DNA of 64,000 nucleotides, from the NCBI GenBank assembly GCA_041664165.1, contig JBAYLH010000003.1:3247-67246 (forward strand), in the 5' to 3' direction. Below the pieces are notes generated by a model, which was not told where the DNA came from, ran no database searches, and saw only the letters and a list, made by a program, of their open reading frames with translations. Source of the DNA: Candidatus Buchananbacteria bacterium (lineage in GTDB: Bacteria > Patescibacteriota > Patescibacteriia > Buchananbacterales > UBA6539). Of this stretch, positions 57,784 through 64,000 are shown piece after piece. Positions within the stretch are counted from its first letter, which is position 1, and every line of letters starts with the position of its first letter. The translations under genes were made by a program, and so were the position numbers.

Positions 57784-58743
57784 TTAAAGCCCTAAATTAG
57801 TTAATCTTTCCCGCCAGGCAACCCGGTACTCAAGCCGTTTATCGTTTTCATGAAATTTCAGCATTGAATCATTAATGACAATTTTAGTGTCAGTTTGGCC
57901 GGCGGAAAAATTATGCTTTTTTTGCATTTTTTTAAGCTGGAAAAACCGGGTCAAGCTTTCCAAATAATTTCCGATAAAACCAAAAAGCAAAGTTTCGTCT
58001 AAGGCTTTGAAAAATTTAACCGCAGGACTGTCAAAAACCCGGCGGCGGCAGCTGAGATTGGTTTGGAAAAAATTCGGCAGATATTTTCTCAGCCAGCTGT
58101 TGGCGATAAAAAATCGGTGATAATCGCCATTATCGTAAATCGGCGCTAGAATTGCCAGCCAATAAATTAAGTAGGGATCTTCAGGCTTTAAGGCGATGTC
58201 GGCCAAATTCAAATGATTGTCGGCAATGTAAAAACTTAAGCAGACCCGGTTGGCAATTTTTTTGGCGTGGCGGCGAATTCCCAAAACGGAAACCAATAAG
58301 GTAATAATCAACCGGCTATACCAAAGCCGGCCTTTTTTAATCACGATAAAAAAATCAATATCGCTGTCTTTGGCGGCATTATTATAGCCGGCGTTGTTAC
58401 AGACGGCGATAAACCGGATAAAGCCCAGCCAGCGCAGCCACCAAACCGTTTTTAAGGCAATTTTAAATTTCTTTTCGGCAAAATGGTAGCGGCTCAGCCG
58501 GCTGGTAATTATCGCCTCCCGGCCGGTTAAATAATAAAAGCCATTTTTGTATTCAATCGCTCCCTTTAAATTATCGCCGGCCAAAGCCGAAAAAACATCA
58601 AAAAGCTGGTACGGCTTTTGCGGCTGGTAAAGCCACTTATAAATTTCCACCGCTGTCAAAGGATAATTAAAAATGTCAAAAAAAGCCAAAACGGAAAGCA
58701 TGGCCTTTTCCAAGTCATCGAATTGTTGGCCTTGGCTATTCAT
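57784..58743 (-). CDS. CPR-conserved nucleotidyltransferase-like protein
   Basis: FDIFNYPLT, SDIDFFIV, CLSF, LKFH.ND.R. Confidence 0.75.
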   Translation of the reverse strand: MNSQGQQFDDLEKAMLSVLAFFDIFNYPLTAVEIYKWLYQPQKPYQLFDVFSALAGDNLKGAIEYKNGFYYLTGREAIITSRLSRYHFAEKKFKIALKTVWWLRWLGFIRFIAVCNNAGYNNAAKDSDIDFFIVIKKGRLWYSRLIITLLVSVLGIRRHAKKIANRVCLSFYIADNHLNLADIALKPEDPYLIYWLAILAPIYDNGDYHRFFIANSWLRKYLPNFFQTNLSCRRRVFDSPAVKFFKALDETLLFGFIGNYLESLTRFFQLKKMQKKHNFSAGQTDTKIVINDSMLKFHENDKRLEYRVAWRERLTNLGL

Positions 58744-59788
58744 CGTGTTTAGGCTTATCCAGCCTCATTGGTTCAATCGTACTTTCACCGCCGGCGATTT
58801 TGACGACGTCTTTGTCAATCTTTTTCAATTCAGCGGCCGCGGTATTATATGAATTAACCGTAGTGCCTAAATTATTGCCGATTTTTTTGAAATAATCATC
58901 ATAAGCCGCAAGGTGTTTTTGCAGCATCTCAACGCGCTTGATAATTTCCTTAGTCTGATCTTCAATCTTCAAGGCTCGGAGTCCCTGTAATACTGTCTGC
59001 AGATAAGCGGCAAAAGTCGTCGGCGAAACAATAATCACCCGTTTTTCCCGGAAAGCATAATCCATCAAATTCCTAGTATTAACTTTGACCGCGCCGACTT
59101 CGTTAACCAATAAATCATAATAAATCGCCTCGGCCGGAATAAACATAAAAGCGAAGTCCATCGTACCTTTGCTCGGCTTGATATATTTTGCAGTTTCATC
59201 AATTCTTTTTTTCAAGTCGTTTTTAAATTCTTTTTCATACATTTCCCGTTTTTCGGCATTGGTTTCAGCCGCCACCCGGTTATAATTTTCCAAAGAGAAC
59301 TTGGCATCGACTGGAATAATTCCGTCTTTGGTAATAATGGCGGCATCCACTTTGTCGCCATCGTCGAACTGATACTGCAGTTTAAAAGCCGTCGGTGGCA
59401 GGATATTTTCCAAAACTAATTTTAAACTGGCTTCGCCTAAATTTCCTCTCTGCTTCTGCGAGGTCAAAACTTTTTCCAAATTCTTGAGCTGCTCGGAAAA
59501 TCCCATGACTTGCTTGTTGGTTTCGTGAAGCTCAGTCACCTTTTCGGTTACTCCCCGAATGACGCTCATACTCTGGGAAAATTGGGTCTGCATTTGCTGC
59601 GTTGATTGGCCCAGTTTAGCATCCAAGGTCTTATTAACCTCATTAATCTGATTTTGCAGCATTAAAAACGACTGATCCCCTTTTTGGCTTTTGGCAATCT
59701 CGCTGATTTTTTTGTTAAAAAGATAAGCCATCACCAAAAAACCGGCAGCGACTAAGGCTAAAATTGATATTAGAAGGTAAGTAATCAT
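58736..59788 (-). CDS. rmuC: DNA recombination protein RmuC
   Basis: RGNLGE..L, PVDAKF, KYI..T.DFAFMFIPAE, SPTT. Confidence 0.93.
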   Translation of the reverse strand: MITYLLISILALVAAGFLVMAYLFNKKISEIAKSQKGDQSFLMLQNQINEVNKTLDAKLGQSTQQMQTQFSQSMSVIRGVTEKVTELHETNKQVMGFSEQLKNLEKVLTSQKQRGNLGEASLKLVLENILPPTAFKLQYQFDDGDKVDAAIITKDGIIPVDAKFSLENYNRVAAETNAEKREMYEKEFKNDLKKRIDETAKYIKPSKGTMDFAFMFIPAEAIYYDLLVNEVGAVKVNTRNLMDYAFREKRVIIVSPTTFAAYLQTVLQGLRALKIEDQTKEIIKRVEMLQKHLAAYDDYFKKIGNNLGTTVNSYNTAAAELKKIDKDVVKIAGGESTIEPMRLDKPKHDE

Positions 59789-59875
59789 AATATTAATTTA
59801 GCATAATTTTCAACTTAAATCAATTGACACTCGGGGTGTTTATGTGGTATTTATATAGATATATTTCTAATTTTT

Positions 59876-61207
59876 TTGCAAAAAAATATTAGGGTTAAAT
59901 TGAAAAATTTTCTCATCAAAGCACTGGCGATTACTTTAAAAGGCTTGGCTTACCTTAAAGACAAACTCCCCTTTTTGGCTAGGCTGCTAAGCAAGCCCTT
60001 GGAAAAAATCGGCCGGCTTTTTTTGTTTTTTTTAATTCTGCCAATTTACAAAATTTATCTGACGAGCAAAAAACTAGCCAATAAATTCTATGCTCCGCAT
60101 AAAATCAGAAACCGGATTTTGCATCCTTTTTCCCGCCGCTATCTCACCCACCTCATCATCATCGTCATTTCAATTTTTACTATCGCTTCCAATTTGAATG
60201 CTTATGAAACCAGGTTGGATGAGCTCAATCAAACCAGCGTTATTGCCAGTTTAAACACCGAGGAAGACTTGGGGGCGATTGTCGAGGAAGGGCCGATCAG
60301 CATTAGCAACAAAGTTACCCACTACCTGGGTCAAACCAGCGTTGCCGTCAAACAACAGCTGGGCGAAGGCGATTTTACCCAGGAAACGATTACGCCGACT
60401 GTTTCCGGCGGCAGTGCCATTGTCCGGCCGATTCTTTCGCCGGCCGAAGAAAATTTGCGCCAGCGGGATAAAATCGTCTATTACACAATTCAAATCGGCG
60501 ATACGATTTCTGATGTTGCGGAAAAATTCGGCATTTCCGTCAGTACTATTTTATGGGAAAATAACCTGACCGCTTACAGCCTGATCCGGCCCGGGGACAA
60601 ACTGACAATTCTGCCGACTTCCGGCATCAAATACAAAGTTGTCAAGGGAGACACGATTGCCAAAATTGCCAAAAAATACGATGTTGAACCGGGAAAAATT
60701 GTTGAATTTAATAAATTAGCTTCGGAACAGGATATTGCCGTCGGCGAAGAACTTCTAATCCCCGGCGCCAAAAAGATTTCTACCGCGCCAACCTATACTG
60801 TCCGCAGTCTGGCTCAAACCGCCCCGGCCGCCAGAGTTGCTTCTTCGGGAAAAATGAACTGGCCAAACAGCTGCCGGCGAGTCACTCAGTACTTTACCTG
60901 GCGGCATTCCGGCGTTGATATTGCCTGCCCCTTCGGCTCAACAATTTATGCCGCGGCGGCCGGCGTAGTGATCAAAGCTCAGGGCGGCTGGAATGGCGGC
61001 TATGGTAATTACATTATTATTAACCACGGCGGCACTCAAACTTTATACGGCCATCTCAGTCGAATTTTTGTTGAAGTCGGCCAAGTCGTCAATCAAGGCA
61101 CCGCCATTGGCGCCGAAGGCTCAAGTGGCCGATCTACCGGGCCGCACCTGCATTTTGAGGTCAGATCCGGCGGTGTTAGGCGCAATCCGTTTAGTTATGT
61201 CCGATAA
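59876..61207 (+). CDS. LysM-containing M23 peptidase
   Basis: Two LysM domains (GDTI..A.K.), HSGVDIA, TLYGHL, STGPHLHFEV. Confidence 0.93.
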   Translation: MQKNIRVKLKNFLIKALAITLKGLAYLKDKLPFLARLLSKPLEKIGRLFLFFLILPIYKIYLTSKKLANKFYAPHKIRNRILHPFSRRYLTHLIIIVISIFTIASNLNAYETRLDELNQTSVIASLNTEEDLGAIVEEGPISISNKVTHYLGQTSVAVKQQLGEGDFTQETITPTVSGGSAIVRPILSPAEENLRQRDKIVYYTIQIGDTISDVAEKFGISVSTILWENNLTAYSLIRPGDKLTILPTSGIKYKVVKGDTIAKIAKKYDVEPGKIVEFNKLASEQDIAVGEELLIPGAKKISTAPTYTVRSLAQTAPAARVASSGKMNWPNSCRRVTQYFTWRHSGVDIACPFGSTIYAAAAGVVIKAQGGWNGGYGNYIIINHGGTQTLYGHLSRIFVEVGQVVNQGTAIGAEGSSGRSTGPHLHFEVRSGGVRRNPFSYVR

Positions 61208-61286
61208 AAAGCACTGATTTTAGTTTTAATTCAATCCACAAAACCGGCCGCCGGGAGGCGGCCGGTTTTATAATTAAGCGAGCGGC

Positions 61287-61487
61287 CTAGACTTTTTGGC
61301 CTTTCTTGAGCGTGGACAAAAGAACGTGGTAGAGCGGCTGTTTTTTCTTTTCCTCTTCGCTCCAATTTTTGTTCTTGAAAACCACGACTCGCTGGTCATT
61401 AATAATGCCAGTCAGAACCGGACCGCGTTCGCTTTTAGGCTGATTGGCCCAAAGCGCGCCAAGTTTGGTTGAACTTTGCTGTTCCAT
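61287..61487 (-). CDS. Small DUF736-like putative nucleic-acid-binding protein
   Basis: GALW.......LTG.I....VVVFKN......QP.Y pattern; terminator at 61240-61269. Confidence 0.65.
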   Translation of the reverse strand: MEQQSSTKLGALWANQPKSERGPVLTGIINDQRVVVFKNKNWSEEEKKKQPLYHVLLSTLKKGQKV

Positions 61488-61838
61488 ATATTTAAATTAA
61501 GAATAAGCGATGTTATTAATTCGCCGGCTCGGCAAAACGCCTCACCCCGAAAAAAGGTTGGTCAAAAGCGACCCTAAAGTCACCGTATTTTGCTAATTTG
61601 ACAACAAAAAACGCCCAAAAAAAGGCGCTATGTTGATCCCGTTGTTCGCTAACGACCGGGAATTTTGATTAGTTTTTTTACTTCTTTTTCCAGCTTAGCA
61701 AAACAGGATAAAGCTGTCAAATCGCGATTAAGGATGAACGCAAATCTAAAAAGTTACTTCGCCAATGCTTCATTGCGAGGATCCCAACCAAAAAAATGAA
61801 CATCAGAAGACAAAGCAATCCCTAAAACTACGAGGGTG

Positions 61839-62219
61839 TTATTTATTTTTTTGCCGATCCAAAACTTCTCTGATCTTAGCCACCACGCTGTTGATCGCAA
61901 TATTGGATTTAACCAAATAATCCTCGGCACCAAGCTCTTTGCCTTTTTTAATGTCGTCTTCCTGGCCTAAATTAGAAAGAATAATTACTGGAATGCTTTT
62001 GGTCTCGCTATTTTGTTTTAATTCAGCCAAAGCTTCGAAGCCGTCAATTTTTGGCATCACTAAATCTAATAAAATTATATCGGGTTTTTCCGATTTGGCT
62101 TTAGCAATCGCTTCTTCACCATTTGCCACTAAAATCGGCTCAAAGCCTTCTTTTTTCAATTTAACTTCATAGGCTTTGCTTAAGAACCGGTCGTCTTCGG
62201 CCACTAAAACTTTGATCAT
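61839..62219 (-). CDS. Single-domain response regulator
   Basis: EDD, LLDLVMP, SN, YLVK. Confidence 0.95.
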   Translation of the reverse strand: MIKVLVAEDDRFLSKAYEVKLKKEGFEPILVANGEEAIAKAKSEKPDIILLDLVMPKIDGFEALAELKQNSETKSIPVIILSNLGQEDDIKKGKELGAEDYLVKSNIAINSVVAKIREVLDRQKNK

Positions 62220-62238
62220 ATATTATTTGATTAAATTA

Positions 62239-62619
62239 TTATTCCGCTAAAACTTTATTAATTTTTTCGGCCACTTCCTCCAAAGAATAATTGGTTTTGA
62301 TTAAATAATCATGGCTGCCTGACCGCAGAGCTTCGCTGAGCTTTTCATCGCTGGATAAATTAGAAAGAATAATCACCGGCACGTCAGAAGTTTTTCGCAA
62401 TTCTTTGAGCATCGTCAAACCATCCATTACTGGCATGATAATATCAAGCAAAATCAAATCGGGATTCTCCGACCTTGCCTGCCTTAGACCTTCTTCTCCA
62501 TTAGCGGCCGTCACAACTTCAAAACCGAGCTTAACTAATTTTGTTTCAATTGCCTTCACCAGCGTCGGCTCATCTTCGACAACGAGAATTTTTTTGGCTT
62601 TTTTCATATTGTTAGCCAT
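62239..62619 (-). CDS. Single-domain response regulator
   Basis: EDE, LLDIIMP, SN, YLIK. Confidence 0.95.
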   Translation of the reverse strand: MANNMKKAKKILVVEDEPTLVKAIETKLVKLGFEVVTAANGEEGLRQARSENPDLILLDIIMPVMDGLTMLKELRKTSDVPVIILSNLSSDEKLSEALRSGSHDYLIKTNYSLEEVAEKINKVLAE

Positions 62620-62634
62620 TAAAAAAATTAATAT

Positions 62635-63027
62635 TTATTCACCTTTTTTTAAAAATTCTGCAATATCACCGATAATTTGTTCCAAGCGATAGTCAGCTTT
62701 AGTGTAATATTTACTAGCTCCTAGCTGCAAATAGCTTTTAACCTTATCGGGGCTGGCAGTATTAGAAACCACAAAGATTGGAATATTTTTCCAGGCCGAA
62801 CCGTCCATTTTCATTTTAGCCACCAAATCTAAACCATTTTCTCTACCTAACAAATAATGATCCAACCAAATCACATCAATTTTCACCTGATCTTCAAGGT
62901 AATTTATGGCCTGTTCAACCGACCGGGCCGTTACGGCTTCAAAACCCATCTTTTCTAATTTAATCTTAATTGCTTCCTGCAGCGGCAATTCGTCTTCAAC
63001 TATTAAAATAGTGTATTTTTTTGTCAT
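62635..63027 (-). CDS. Single-domain response regulator (WLDHYL variant)
   Basis: EDE, WLDH, SN, YYTK. Confidence 0.92.
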   Translation of the reverse strand: MTKKYTILIVEDELPLQEAIKIKLEKMGFEAVTARSVEQAINYLEDQVKIDVIWLDHYLLGRENGLDLVAKMKMDGSAWKNIPIFVVSNTASPDKVKSYLQLGASKYYTKADYRLEQIIGDIAEFLKKGE

Positions 63028-63054
63028 AAATTATGATACTTATTCATTAGTTAC

Positions 63055-64000
63055 CTAACCTAAAGACTTAGTCCCCTCTTTTTTCTGCATCCCGCTTAAA
63101 GGTAAGGTAACATAAAAAGTCGTGCCTTTACCTTCTTGCGACTCAAACCAAATTTTACCACCGGAATGATCAATAATCATTTTAACAATGTAAAGTCCGA
63201 GACCGGTTCCTTCGGTTTCCTTTTCTCTAACATTATCAGCCCTAAATAGTTTTGTAAATATCTTGTCCTGCTGAGCTTTTGGTATGCCATAACCGGTATC
63301 AGCGACTTTAAAGGTAAAATTATTTTTATCCTTAGAGATGACAAACCCCAACTGGCCTTTTTCCGGCGTATATTTAACCGCATTGGATAATAAATTTTGA
63401 AAAACAATAGTTAACAATTTTTTATCAACTGACAATTTGGGTAAACCCTTAGCAAAATCCTTAACTAATTTTAATTTCTTTTGTTCTATCGATGGGATTA
63501 ATTCTTTGATGATACTGTCGGCTAATTCCGTAACATCGGCTAATTCCGGCTCAATCATAAAAGTGCCCAGTTCCAGGCGCGAAACATTAAGCAAGGCATT
63601 GACTAAATCAACCATCCGCTTATTACTGGCATAAACCTGATCCAAATATTGCTTTTGTTCAGGCAAAAGTTTGCCCGCATCGCCGGCTAAAAGCATTTCC
63701 GTGTACCAATTAATCGCCGAAAGTGGCGTCCGCAATTGATGGCTGGCTAAAGAAACAAATTCAGTTTTTACCTTATCAATTTCTTTTTCTTTGGTAATGT
63801 CCAAAGCAATGCTGGAAGCACCAATAATTTTACCGCTCGCATCAGTAATCGGCGAAATAGAGACTGAAACATCAACCGAGCTGCCATCTTTCTTTAATCT
63901 AGTGGTTTGAAGATGCCCGACATTTTCTCCTTTAACTATTTTTTTCAAGATATTATTGAATTCATTTTGACGGTCTGGCGGCAGAATTATTTTTATCGAT
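63055..64000 (-). CDS. PAS-domain sensor histidine kinase (5' end outside the window)
   Basis: ASHQLRTPL H-box, NLLSNAVKY, DTGYGI, GTGLGL; frame is open to the window edge. Confidence 0.95.
   Translation of the reverse strand, partial: SIKIILPPDRQNEFNNILKKIVKGENVGHLQTTRLKKDGSSVDVSVSISPITDASGKIIGASSIALDITKEKEIDKVKTEFVSLASHQLRTPLSAINWYTEMLLAGDAGKLLPEQKQYLDQVYASNKRMVDLVNALLNVSRLELGTFMIEPELADVTELADSIIKELIPSIEQKKLKLVKDFAKGLPKLSVDKKLLTIVFQNLLSNAVKYTPEKGQLGFVISKDKNNFTFKVADTGYGIPKAQQDKIFTKLFRADNVREKETEGTGLGLYIVKMIIDHSGGKIWFESQEGKGTTFYVTLPLSGMQKKEGTKSLG

Overview
64 kb of chromosome from a small-genome bacterium, most likely Patescibacteria/CPR (ABY1-like). This assignment is inferred from gene content: homodimeric GlyRS, VirB2-like pilin, TrmB and standalone receiver domains, and many genes without a Shine-Dalgarno (SD) site. 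TGA is used as a stop, so the code is table 11. The backbone carries glyQS, smpB-tmRNA, infC-rpmI-rplT, tRNA-Asp, lgt, ppsA-pyk, CIRCE-controlled groES-groEL, rmuC, a LysM/M23 peptidase and a kinase plus three receiver genes. Downstream of tRNA-Asp is an accretion hotspot. It holds a second tRNA-Asp copy broken by two hairpin insertions and a type III R-M island whose Res gene has one in-frame TAA. These are followed by a stress/ice-binding/ECF-sigma island and a Cys-rich Hint-domain lipoprotein. Two unexplained patterns stand out. (1) Several families of tiny non-autonomous palindromic elements have inserted into tmRNA, into a tRNA copy, and in frame into lgt (twice) and an O-antigen ligase gene, much like Rickettsia palindromic elements. 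(2) At least seven self-contained orphan cassettes (mostly with own promoter, SD-like site and terminator) sit between housekeeping genes. They include a diverged FabZ-like gene, a standalone PNPase-like KH-S1 gene, an SPFH operon and an unannotated 28-aa membrane peptide. All calls come from reading the sequence; no searches were run.
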